26,911 nucleotides of DNA, from IMG/VR virus record IMGVR_UViG_3300018080_005675, positions 1 through 26,911 of that record. The stretch is one strand, 5' to 3'. The DNA is from a virus. Lineage: Duplodnaviria; Caudoviricetes. Of this stretch, positions 8,780-16,626 are shown piece after piece (position 1 is the first letter of the stretch; each line of letters starts with the position of its first letter). Both the position numbers and the translations under genes were made by a program. A model generated the notes under the pieces. It searched no databases, was not told where the DNA came from, and was given only the letters and a program-made list of their open reading frames with translations.

Positions 8780-9142
8780 CTACACCCGAACCCCCTCAAT
8801 TTCGATTTCGCCGCGGCTGGCGACCGCCGTGCCCGGCCGCCGGGCGGCGCTGCGGCGTAACGGACCGACGGACGCCAAGAAGCAGCGGGTGTAGATCACG
8901 CCCGCATCATTAACCACCGTGGCCACCGTGCCTTGCAGGGCCTGCAGGGCGACTGCCCAGGCGCTTACCGCGGCGATGGTGCCGAAGTAGACCGCCCGCA
9001 GCGCAAACGGCGCGTCGCCGGTGCCGAGCACCTGGACGCCGTAGCCGTCGATCCCGGGCACGTTCCAGATCTCGGACCGCTGCTTCAGCGCCGGCGGTTC
9101 TCCGCTGAGCAAATCGCAACTTACAGCACCGATGGAGGCCAT
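8780..9142 (-). CDS. Small protein after the tape measure (distal-tail/Dit-like)
   Basis: 120 aa directly downstream of the tape measure gene; contains the VPGIDG motif often seen in distal-tail-type proteins. Confidence 0.6.
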   Translation of the reverse strand: MASIGAVSCDLLSGEPPALKQRSEIWNVPGIDGYGVQVLGTGDAPFALRAVYFGTIAAVSAWAVALQALQGTVATVVNDAGVIYTRCFLASVGPLRRSAARRPGTAVASRGEIEIEGVRV

Positions 9143-9190
9143 GGTTAGTTTTCAGTTGTCAGTACTTCTGCAATCTGCAATCTGCAATCA
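9143..9190. repeat. Composite heptamer array
   Basis: TTTTCAG TTGTCAG TACT TCTGCAA TCTGCAA TCTGCAA TCA(stop). Confidence 0.9.
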
Positions 9191-10945
9191 TTTATCCACG
9201 GTCGCCGGGACCAGCGTGGCGTTGCCGCCGGGTGGGGCGTTGCCGGAGGCCGTGTTGGCGGCGATCTGTTTCAGCAGGTTCGTCTGCTCTTGGCTCGTCT
9301 GCACCAATGGGTCGTTGCTGGAGAGTTCGGCCTCGATCTTGCCCGTCTCTGCGGCGAGTTCGCGGCTGGCGCCGACGCCTCGCCACAGTCCGGCGCCGCC
9401 GCGGAGGAGCAAACCGAGTCCGCCTGGCAGGCCCGCGCCGAGGCCTTGCGCGGCCCGGCCGCCGCCGCCCGCCATGCCCTTTGCCGTCTCGCCGAATAAG
9501 TATTGTGCGACGTCGGCCTCGGTGGATCGTCCGCCGCCCTCTTCGCCGCGCTTTATGAGGTCGAACCAGAGGCTCTGCCGCTTTCCCATCCGCTCGAAGG
9601 CGATCGCCCGGGTCGCCTGCCGGCGTTCTTGGGCCAGCGCGGCGTCCTTGCCGGCGCCGAAGGCCTGTTCGTCGGCGAACATCACGTCGAGCTGGCCAAT
9701 CTGGCGAGTGGTTTTGGTAAACGGCAGCTCCTCTTCGACCGCCCGGCGTTGTTCGGCCAGCAGGCCCGGCCGGGCCTTGCGGCCGATAGTCTGCTGGATT
9801 CGCAATACGTTTTGATAGTTCGGCACCAGGGCCGTAAGCGCTTCGACCTGGCGGATTTCGGTGAAGCCGAACTGCTTGAGTTTTTCCGCGGTGTCGATGC
9901 CTTCGGCGGCCAGATACTTCAACCGCTCGGCCTGGCCGGCGTCGCCCAGGCCGGCCGCCTCGAACCGCTTCGCCGCGCCCTCCGGTCCGACCCGCGAGAG
10001 CGCCTGGCCGCCGCGTTTGAGGTAGGTCGAGAGCTGGTCTTTTTTGACCGAGCCGGCCAGGACGCCGGCGGCGGCGAAGCCGAACTGCTTGTCTTCCCAA
10101 AACTTCAGCCCGGCGGCCCCGCCGGCCAGCGTGGCCGGGTCGCGGGCGGATTCCTGGCCGGCGACGTAGGCCATCCGCAGCGCATCGCCGGGCTTCATGC
10201 CCTGGGACGCGCCGAGGACCTCCAGCTCCAGGCCCATCTCGGTGGGCACGCCGACCTGCTTGGCGGCGAAAACGGTCTCGGCGGCCGCCATCCCCTTTTC
10301 AATGTCGCCGCCGTGGGCCGACTGCAGCGCCTGCACGGCGTTGAAGGCCGCGCCGCGGTCGCTGATCCCGTAACGCGCCGCCAGCATGGCCGCATCCATT
10401 ACCCGCTGGCCCTTTGTGCCGCCCTCTTGCAGCGCGGCGAAGGCGATTATATCGTCGCCGGCCCGCTTGGCCTCGGCGGAAATCTCCCGCATATTCTCCA
10501 GCCAGACCTCGTAGGCCTGATTGATCTTCATCACCGCCCCGGCCACGCCGCCGCCGAGACCCAGCGCGCCGATCAGCCCGGTGACCATGCCCATCATTTT
10601 CGGGCCAAAGGCGTTGGTGCCGGCCTGGCCGGCGGCCCGCATCTGCTCGGTGGCCTGCCGGGTGGCCCGGGCGTAGGTGTCTTGCGAGATTTTTCCCCGC
10701 CCGACCAACATATTGAGCTGCTGCATTTTGGCCGCGTAGCGCTCCTGCGGACTCCGCGTCTGCTCGTAAACCCGTTTGGCGGCCTGCTCCAGCTTGCGTT
10801 GCTCGGCGGCGGCCTTGTTGCCGGCGGCGCCGACCTTTTGCAGCCCGCCTTCCATCTTCGTCTGCTGCGCAATGATCGACTGGAACCCTCGCCAAAGCTT
10901 GGATTCCTCGCTCGACATCTCGATAACGATTCCGCCGTCGGCCAT
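9188..10945 (-). CDS. Tail tape measure protein (585 aa)
   Basis: Ala/Gly/Gln-rich and helical; SPQERY...L..L...GKISQDTYARA motif; follows the frameshifted chaperone. Confidence 0.8.
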   Translation of the reverse strand: MADGGIVIEMSSEESKLWRGFQSIIAQQTKMEGGLQKVGAAGNKAAAEQRKLEQAAKRVYEQTRSPQERYAAKMQQLNMLVGRGKISQDTYARATRQATEQMRAAGQAGTNAFGPKMMGMVTGLIGALGLGGGVAGAVMKINQAYEVWLENMREISAEAKRAGDDIIAFAALQEGGTKGQRVMDAAMLAARYGISDRGAAFNAVQALQSAHGGDIEKGMAAAETVFAAKQVGVPTEMGLELEVLGASQGMKPGDALRMAYVAGQESARDPATLAGGAAGLKFWEDKQFGFAAAGVLAGSVKKDQLSTYLKRGGQALSRVGPEGAAKRFEAAGLGDAGQAERLKYLAAEGIDTAEKLKQFGFTEIRQVEALTALVPNYQNVLRIQQTIGRKARPGLLAEQRRAVEEELPFTKTTRQIGQLDVMFADEQAFGAGKDAALAQERRQATRAIAFERMGKRQSLWFDLIKRGEEGGGRSTEADVAQYLFGETAKGMAGGGGRAAQGLGAGLPGGLGLLLRGGAGLWRGVGASRELAAETGKIEAELSSNDPLVQTSQEQTNLLKQIAANTASGNAPPGGNATLVPATVDK

Positions 10946-10961
10946 GGTTCGAGGCTCGGAT

Positions 10962-11043
10962 GGATGATCGGGTGACTGGGTGATCGGGTGACTGGGTGAT
11001 CGGGTGATTCACCCCGTCACCCCCTCACCCCGTCACCCCCTCA
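10962..11043. repeat. Inverted pair of octamer arrays (potential long hairpin)
   Basis: GGGTGA(TC/CT) x6 followed by TCACCCC(G/C) x4. Confidence 0.9.
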
Positions 11044-11047
11044 TTTG

Positions 11048-11211
11048 TCAGCGTCGAAACTGGATCGTGTTTACGGTTATCGGCTCCGGGTCGGCCAGCC
11101 CCACGGCCAGCGCCCAGAGGTCGGCTATGGTGGGCCGGTATCCGGCGGCCCGGCCGGCGGCCCAGGCGCGGAACCGGAGCCACCGGCTGCTGATGTTTTG
11201 AGTTTTTTTTT
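11048..11211 (-). CDS. -1 frameshift extension of the tail assembly chaperone (gpGT-like)
   Basis: A9 run at 11203-11211; the -1 frame reads KKTQNISSRWLRFRAWAAG...IQFRR to TGA at 11048. Confidence 0.75.
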
Positions 11212-11931
11212 CAGAAATTGCTCCATCGTCGGCCAGTCGATCAGCGCGCCGAGCACGGCGTGGACGGTCTGATCGGTGAACAGTCCCAACACGTCCACCT
11301 CCACGCGGCCCAGCCGGTAGTTGGTCCCCAGGGCCAGCAACGCCGCGTCGTTGATGCCCTCGAAGTCGAACCGCACCCGTTGCGGTTTGTCTTGCACGTG
11401 CAGGTCGGCGCCGTTGATCGCGTCCCACCAACGCTCGGCGATCTCCCAGAGCGGCCGGTACTGCGCGACCACGGCACCGCTCGCCCAGTTCCCCTCGTCG
11501 TCGAGCGTGACCGCCTCGGGCAGTTTGCAGAACCAGACCAGGTGTTCCTCCGGCTGCTCAATCTCGAACCAAGCCCGCGCGATCGGCGCCATCCAGGCCC
11601 GGCCGTCGCCGAGCGTGACCAGGTGACCCTCCAGCGGCTCGGGCCTAATCAAGTCGGCCGGTCCCGGACGCTCGGCCGTGTAGTAGCCGATCCACAGCGC
11701 CGAAGCGGGGATCCGCCGCCAGGTCTGCTGCTGCGGGTAGTAGCCGATCCGCTCCGCCGCCACGCGCTGCTGGTCGGCGATGATGCTGCCGTGCTGCTCG
11801 TCGGGCCCGCCGCGGACGGCCGCGGCTGTCCAGCGGCCGTCGAAGGCATAGTCGATCCCCCGCTCCCGCAGCTCCTCGGCGGTCACCGTGGGCCGCTCGT
11901 GCCCGGGCACGTAATACAAAAATCCGCTCAT
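11125..11931 (-). CDS. Tail assembly chaperone (gpG-like), 268 aa
   Basis: Lies between tail tube and tape measure; perfect SD GGAGGTGA; slippery site near the 3' end. Confidence 0.75.
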   Translation of the reverse strand: MSGFLYYVPGHERPTVTAEELRERGIDYAFDGRWTAAAVRGGPDEQHGSIIADQQRVAAERIGYYPQQQTWRRIPASALWIGYYTAERPGPADLIRPEPLEGHLVTLGDGRAWMAPIARAWFEIEQPEEHLVWFCKLPEAVTLDDEGNWASGAVVAQYRPLWEIAERWWDAINGADLHVQDKPQRVRFDFEGINDAALLALGTNYRLGRVEVDVLGLFTDQTVHAVLGALIDWPTMEQFLKKKLKTSAAGGSGSAPGPPAGPPDTGPP

Positions 11932-11935
11932 CTTT

Positions 11936-12007
11936 TCACCTCCTCACCCCGTCACCCGCTCACCCCGTCACCCGCTCACCCCGTCAGCCCCTCACTAACT
12001 CACCCGG
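11936..12007. repeat. Octamer array TCACCNNN x9 containing both the upstream stop and the downstream SD
   Basis: TCACCTCC TCACCCCG TCACCCGC TCACCCCG TCACCCGC TCACCCCG TCAGCCCC TCACTAAC TCACCCGG. Confidence 0.95.
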
Positions 12008-12870
12008 ATCGGGACGTTGGTCCCGTCGTACTTGACGGTCAACAGCAGCGTCGATTCGTCGGGGTTATCGCCCGAAGCCTTCAGGGGCTGCTGCGGGACG
12101 ACGATCCCGCTGGCGGTTAGCGTGACATCGCCGCTGCCGGCCCACGTGCCGCCGTCGGCCCGCTTGCGCAGCACGATTGTGGCGTTGGTGGCCGCCGCGC
12201 CCAGCAGCGGGATCGAATCGAACCAGGTCTGCTCGATGCCGCGGAGGGTGATCGTCGGCTCGATCTTCGAGATCCAGATTTTCGAGTCCCAGATCTCGCT
12301 GCCGCCGCCCTGGGTCTGGACCTCAATCCCCCAGTCGATCGTCAACGACTTCCACTCGTCGGAAATCGATAGTCCGCCGATCGAGGCGGTGTACAGCGAG
12401 TATCTCAGGTCGGTCAGCCCGGCCGGCAGCGAGACGTTATCGGTTTTGACGATCGGGTCGTTGCCGCCGTCGTAGGCCACGATCGCCTCGTAGCTCAGCG
12501 AGGCGTCGCCCTGGTGCTCGCAGGTCAACTGCCGGGGGACCAGCAGGCCGCCGCGCAACACGTATTGGCGGTGGACGGCGCCGGCGGCCGGCGCCCCGGC
12601 CGACCGCTTGGCGGCGAAAATCGTCAACGGGTATGTGTCCAACGAGCAGCCCAGCGACGCGCAGACCGCCAGCGTCTGGGCGATGTTGTTGCTGGTGAAC
12701 TTGCCGCCGGGCTTTTGGCCGGCGATCGACTGGTGGCGGGTGTAGATCTCGCCGCTGGTCGGCTCGCCCACCAGGTTGGTGTCGAGATCGACGCTCGCAT
12801 CGGTCACGCCGCCGATCACGGTCGAGCCGATCTTGACCGGCCCGAGGCCGTGGATTGCTGTTAAGCTCAT
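11995..12870 (-). CDS. Major tail tube protein (putative), 291 aa
   Basis: Ser/Thr/Gly-rich beta protein directly upstream of the chaperone and tape measure; SD GGAG. Confidence 0.7.
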   Translation of the reverse strand: MSLTAIHGLGPVKIGSTVIGGVTDASVDLDTNLVGEPTSGEIYTRHQSIAGQKPGGKFTSNNIAQTLAVCASLGCSLDTYPLTIFAAKRSAGAPAAGAVHRQYVLRGGLLVPRQLTCEHQGDASLSYEAIVAYDGGNDPIVKTDNVSLPAGLTDLRYSLYTASIGGLSISDEWKSLTIDWGIEVQTQGGGSEIWDSKIWISKIEPTITLRGIEQTWFDSIPLLGAAATNATIVLRKRADGGTWAGSGDVTLTASGIVVPQQPLKASGDNPDESTLLLTVKYDGTNVPIRVS

Positions 12871-12891
12871 AATATGGTCTCCGAGTCTCGG

Positions 12892-12948
12892 TTTTCAGTT
12901 TTCAGGCCCCGTCACCCCCTCACCCCGTCACCCCCTCACTAACTCACC
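12892..12948. repeat. Composite array (TTTTCAG x2 plus TCACCCCN octamers)
   Basis: TTTTCAG TTTTCAG G CCCCG TCACCCCC TCACCCCG TCACCCCC TCACTAAC TCACC. Confidence 0.9.
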
Positions 12949-13544
12949 GTATCCTTCAGCCCCACGATTGTGATTGTTCCCGCGGCCGTGTCGCCGTTGG
13001 AGAACTTGATCTTGCCCACCGGGTCGCCGGTCAGCGGGTTGTCGTAGTTGCTGCTCTCGTCCCAGAACCAGAACTCGCCGGCGGGGATCTCCAGCACGAG
13101 GATCGAGGTGTCGTCGTCCTCGGTGAACTCGACGATCGCCCGCTTGGAGCTATAGACGGCGATAAAGTCCAGGTCGTCGCCGTCGAAATCCTCGTCGGCT
13201 TCCTGCCGTTTGCAGACCACCACGGCGGTGTCCTGGTCCGGGAGGTTGTCGCCGTCGCCGAGGTCGATCGTCACGTCGTTGCCGTCGACGGTGGCGTCCA
13301 TGCCGTAGCGTTTGCCGCCCGTCCAGTAGACGTCGACCTTGTCGGCCGTCTGGATGCCGTGGTCCTCGCCCAGCGTGGCCACGCCGGTGTCCTCGTCGGT
13401 CTTCGTGGTCAGGCTGCCGGCCTGGCCGGCCAGCAGCCCGGCCTCCGGCTCGATGGCGATCGCCGCGTCGCCGGTGCGATTGAGCGTCGCCGAGATCGAG
13501 GTCCCCTCGACGCTGATCTGTGTGCTGAGGCTTGCCGTGGGCAT
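12939..13544 (-). CDS. Acidic virion protein (201 aa) with an inserted HG-x3-D-x-V beta module
   Basis: The likely start is MPTASLST at 13544 behind AAAGGA. The ORF-track N-terminal extension is translated repeat. Confidence 0.75.
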   Translation of the reverse strand: MPTASLSTQISVEGTSISATLNRTGDAAIAIEPEAGLLAGQAGSLTTKTDEDTGVATLGEDHGIQTADKVDVYWTGGKRYGMDATVDGNDVTIDLGDGDNLPDQDTAVVVCKRQEADEDFDGDDLDFIAVYSSKRAIVEFTEDDDTSILVLEIPAGEFWFWDESSNYDNPLTGDPVGKIKFSNGDTAAGTITIVGLKDTVS

Positions 13545-13557
13545 TGGTTTTTCCTTT

Positions 13558-13633
13558 CGGGGTGAGGGGGTGACGGGGTGAGGGGGTGAGGGGGTCAATC
13601 ACCCCGTCACCCGGTCACCTTGTCACCCCGTCA
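13558..13633. repeat. Inverted pair of octamer arrays (potential long hairpin)
   Basis: (C/G)GGGGTGA x5 (last unit GGGGGTCA), then TCACC.. x4. Confidence 0.95.
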
Positions 13634-13643
13634 TGGTTATTTC

Positions 13644-14171
13644 TCACGAAATAGTCTTGGTCTCCCGGCGTTGCACCCGTTTAAGCCCGCTGATCGTGCC
13701 GCGGGCGATGGTGCGGATAAGCTGGGTCCGCTCGGCGGCGGAGATCCGCCGCAACTCGTCGGCCATGTTGATCTCGCTGTCGGGATTGCGCCAGTTGAGC
13801 TTGTTGGCGTGCAGGACCACGCGGACGCGGGACCGCTTGCGCGTGGCGGTCGCGCGGACGTCGCGCATCCGCGTCAACGCCTTGGCCTCGCCGCTGAACT
13901 CCAGCGGACGGGTATGGCCGAACTGTTTGAGTTTCCGGCCGGTGTACGACCGTCTGAACCCGCCGCGCGGCGTGTTGCCCCGCTCGCCGCTCCGCGGGGC
14001 GTAGCCGTATTCGCTCGCCCCGGCCCGCGTGAAGTGTTTCGGGCGGAACTGCTTGTGCCACTGTACGCCGCCGCCGAAGAACGCGCGGCGCTTGATCGTG
14101 TTCACTTCGCGGACCGCCAGCCCGGGGACCGCGCCGGTGTAGACCATTTTCAGTTTGACCAGGTCGCCCAT
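13644..14171 (-). CDS. Basic neck/tail-completion protein (putative)
   Basis: 175 aa and Arg-rich; HF...YGYAPR...RPLEFSG resembles virion-morphogenesis/tail-completion proteins; synteny. Confidence 0.6.
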   Translation of the reverse strand: MGDLVKLKMVYTGAVPGLAVREVNTIKRRAFFGGGVQWHKQFRPKHFTRAGASEYGYAPRSGERGNTPRGGFRRSYTGRKLKQFGHTRPLEFSGEAKALTRMRDVRATATRKRSRVRVVLHANKLNWRNPDSEINMADELRRISAAERTQLIRTIARGTISGLKRVQRRETKTIS

Positions 14172-14235
14172 TGTCAGGTCTCAGGTGTCCGCTTTCCACT
14201 TCTGCAATCTTCAATCTTCAATCTGCAATCTCAAA
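14172..14235. repeat. Composite heptamer array (TNTCAGG x2 plus TCTNCAA-type x5)
   Basis: TGTCAGG TCTCAGG ... TCTGCAA TCTTCAA TCTTCAA TCTGCAA TCTCAAA. Confidence 0.9.
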
Positions 14236-14238
14236 TCG

Positions 14239-14760
14239 CTATGCTCCCCGACCCTCGAAAGCGATGATGACGCCCTGCTCGGCGCCGCAGGCCGGATCGT
14301 AATCGGGGTGGCGGCGGCCGGGTCCCTCGTCGATCTTCCAGCGATCGAAGCATAGGTAACCGGCCGTGTTGACGCGGGCCTCGATGTCCGCGGTGATCGC
14401 CTCGATCGTGTTCTGCCAGGCGATGTCGTCGTCGGTGCGGTCCTCGCTGCCAGGGTCCGCCTGGATCAGCATCAGGATCAGCCGGCAAGCGGTCTCGAAG
14501 CCGCGTTGCGACACTCTGGTCCGCTGGTAGCCCTGCTCCTCGTCGAGCCCGAGCAGCGCGTAGGGCCGGTAGGCGGCCAGTGCGGCGGCGGTGTACTCCT
14601 CTGCGTCATCAGTCGGCGGCGGCAGCGCATCCCAGTGGATGTGCTCCAGGGCCTCGGCCTGGTTGGCCGCGCCCACCCACGTGCGAAACGCCGCGCTGTC
14701 GGCCAGCGACTGGCGCAGGTGGTCGATCCACAGCGGCAGGCTTCCGACGGGCTCGGTCAC
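14239..14760 (-). CDS. Tail terminator-like protein (putative), 173 aa
   Basis: GTG start; acidic; alpha/beta pattern and position typical of tail terminators. Confidence 0.55.
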   Translation of the reverse strand: MTEPVGSLPLWIDHLRQSLADSAAFRTWVGAANQAEALEHIHWDALPPPTDDAEEYTAAALAAYRPYALLGLDEEQGYQRTRVSQRGFETACRLILMLIQADPGSEDRTDDDIAWQNTIEAITADIEARVNTAGYLCFDRWKIDEGPGRRHPDYDPACGAEQGVIIAFEGRGA

Positions 14761-14831
14761 GATTAGTTCTCAGTTTTCAGTAGTCAGTTTTCAGTTCTTG
14801 GTTCTCTGCGTTCTCCGCGCCCCTGCGCGAG
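14761..14831. repeat. Composite array (TTNTCAG heptamers plus 9-mer CTCYGCG-type)
   Basis: TTCTCAG TTTTCAG TAGTCAG TTTTCAG TTCTTGG TTCTCTGCG TTCTCCGCG CCCCTGCG. Confidence 0.85.
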
Positions 14832-14837
14832 CTTTTC

Positions 14838-15089
14838 TCAGGTCTCGCGTTCGGCGATGCATGGCCGGCTGATGAGTTTGTCGTGGAGCTGGCGCGTCAG
14901 CCGCATCGAATCCCGCGACGTTTCGCCCACGTCGTGGATCGCCTCGGTGTTGGCGGCGATGATCTTGTTGGTCTCGTCAAGCAGCTTGAGCAGCCGGCCG
15001 ATCAGCCAGACGATCACGCCGACCAGCAGCATCGACATCCCGGCGAAGCCGTACTGAATAAACGGCGTGAACAACTGCGATTCGTTCAT
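14838..15089 (-). CDS. Small single-TM protein with a coiled coil, holin-like (BhlA/UviB-like architecture)
   Basis: MNESQLFTPFIQYGFAGMSMLLVGVIVWLIGRLL, then an amphipathic helix; 83 aa from ATG 15089. Confidence 0.6.
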   Translation of the reverse strand: MNESQLFTPFIQYGFAGMSMLLVGVIVWLIGRLLKLLDETNKIIAANTEAIHDVGETSRDSMRLTRQLHDKLISRPCIAERET

Positions 15090-15093
15090 AACT

Positions 15094-15121
15094 TCTGCAA
15101 TCCTCAATCCACAATCTGCAA
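15094..15121. repeat. Heptamer array TCNNCAA x4
   Basis: TCTGCAA TCCTCAA TCCACAA TCTGCAA. Confidence 0.9.
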
Positions 15122-15122
15122 T

Positions 15123-15524
15123 CTATTTGTTCGCCAGCCGGTATCCCCGCCGGCTCCGCTCGGCCGCGGCGTGGCGGACCAGGGCCAGTTTGCTGAACGA
15201 CGCCGACTGCGAAACGATTGCTTCGACCGCGTAGCTCGTCCCGTCGATGGTGACCGTGGCATTGGTCGCCGGCTGGGCCAGGTAGTTGCGTTGGGCGCCG
15301 GCGCCGTCGAGGCCGGCGGCCGCGGCGGTCCGCGGGATCGTGACCTCGCGGTGCTCGCTCAGCCGGCGGCCGTCGAGATCGTCGGCCTCGTCGACGGCCG
15401 CCATGGAGATGATCGCCGGGAGCGTCACACCGGCGCCGCCGGCGGGCGTGTACGTCACCTCGGCGGCGAGGTAATCCATCAGCATCGCCGCGCCGGCGGC
15501 GTACAGCTCATCGAAGATCGCCAT
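15123..15524 (-). CDS. Head-tail joining/head-closure protein (gpFII-like)
   Basis: 133 aa after the major capsid gene; VTYTPAGG...TVTIDGTSYAV pattern; SD GGGAGG. Confidence 0.7.
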   Translation of the reverse strand: MAIFDELYAAGAAMLMDYLAAEVTYTPAGGAGVTLPAIISMAAVDEADDLDGRRLSEHREVTIPRTAAAAGLDGAGAQRNYLAQPATNATVTIDGTSYAVEAIVSQSASFSKLALVRHAAAERSRRGYRLANK

Positions 15525-15563
15525 CGGCCGGAGCCTCCCGTGCCAGAGTTACAAGGTCATGGC

Positions 15564-16547
15564 TCAGATCGTGGTGACATTGCTCAGCAGGTGGGCGGCC
15601 TCGGGGTACATAATGACGATGTCGCGGTCGTTGCGCACGCGGATCACGCTGCCGCGGACGCCCTCCTCGCGGTACTCCTCGACGATCGTGGCCAGCTCCT
15701 CGTCGGTCCCCACGCCGGCGTTCTCCTCGCTCCACATGAACGTCCGTCCGACGCAGGGCTCTTGCGGGTCGTCGGTGACCGCCACCCGGGCGACCATCGC
15801 ATACTCGTCCGACCAGATGCGCGATAGCGACGCCGCCTGGCCCTCGTTGGCGGTGTTCTTGATCCCGCCGGCCACCAGCACGTACTCCAGGTCGAGCAGC
15901 GCGGCGATCATCGCCTCGTTGATCTGCTTCGGATCGTCGCCTCCCCAATACTTGATCCGGTCGATCACCTGGGCGGTGTTGGCCAGGTTCCAGAACTGGT
16001 TGCGATTGCAAATCAGCGCGTTGGGCTCCAGCCCGCAGCCATCGTGGATCTTTCGTCGCGCGGCCTCCACGTCGGTGATCGGCACGGCGGCGGCGGCGGT
16101 ATCCCACTCTTCCACGATTGCCGTGGTCAGCGCGGCCCCGGTCCAGGTGGCCGTGTCGTACAACGCCGCGGCGCAGTCGATCTCGTAGTTCCGCAGCACG
16201 ATGTCCTCGGCCCGCTGGGCCTGGATCGACTCGGCGTCGATGAGGTCGCGGAACACCTTGAGCTGCCGATCGTCGAGCGCGACCTCCCGGCCGTGCTCGT
16301 TGGTCGAGTAATTGAACTTGCTGAACTCGAAATCGTCCCGCTGGTAGCCGCCGCCGGCGGTGCGGGCGTCGTCGAGGGTCCGCAGCAACGCCTCGATGGG
16401 AATCTTGCCCACGTCGGCGGCCTGGACGCCGACCAGCCGGGGCTTCAGAACCCGCGGACCGATGAACCGCTTACGGCTCATCGCCAGGTCGAACTCGCTG
16501 AAGGTCGAGGCCAGGTCGGTCCTCGTAATCGCAGTGGAAGGAAGCAT
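15564..16547 (-). CDS. Major capsid protein (lambda gpE-like family)
   Basis: 327 aa; strong SD AAAGGAG; W...AVPITDV...I...G..PN.LI motif; follows protease and cement genes. Confidence 0.85.
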   Translation of the reverse strand: MLPSTAITRTDLASTFSEFDLAMSRKRFIGPRVLKPRLVGVQAADVGKIPIEALLRTLDDARTAGGGYQRDDFEFSKFNYSTNEHGREVALDDRQLKVFRDLIDAESIQAQRAEDIVLRNYEIDCAAALYDTATWTGAALTTAIVEEWDTAAAAVPITDVEAARRKIHDGCGLEPNALICNRNQFWNLANTAQVIDRIKYWGGDDPKQINEAMIAALLDLEYVLVAGGIKNTANEGQAASLSRIWSDEYAMVARVAVTDDPQEPCVGRTFMWSEENAGVGTDEELATIVEEYREEGVRGSVIRVRNDRDIVIMYPEAAHLLSNVTTI

Positions 16548-16561
16548 TGGTTGCTCTCCTT

Positions 16562-16624
16562 TGTGAGTTGTTAGTTTCCAGTTATCAGTTATCAGTTTTC
16601 AGTTTTCAGCTTTTCGGGTTTCCG
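16562..16624. repeat. Heptamer array upstream of the capsid RBS
   Basis: TTGTTAG TTTCCAG TTATCAG TTATCAG TTTTCAG TTTTCAG. Confidence 0.9.
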
Positions 16625-16626
16625 AC

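Noticed and set aside
11995-13544. Contractile tail sheath or contractile injection system
   Set aside because: No sheath-sized gene or baseplate wedge motifs were recognised, and capsid, portal and terminase are present, so a non-contractile phage fits best.
13545-13598. ORF-track N-terminal extensions such as MTPSPPHPVTPSPR (also 24569-24649 and 15090-15107)
   Set aside because: They are translations of the repeat arrays; better starts lie downstream.
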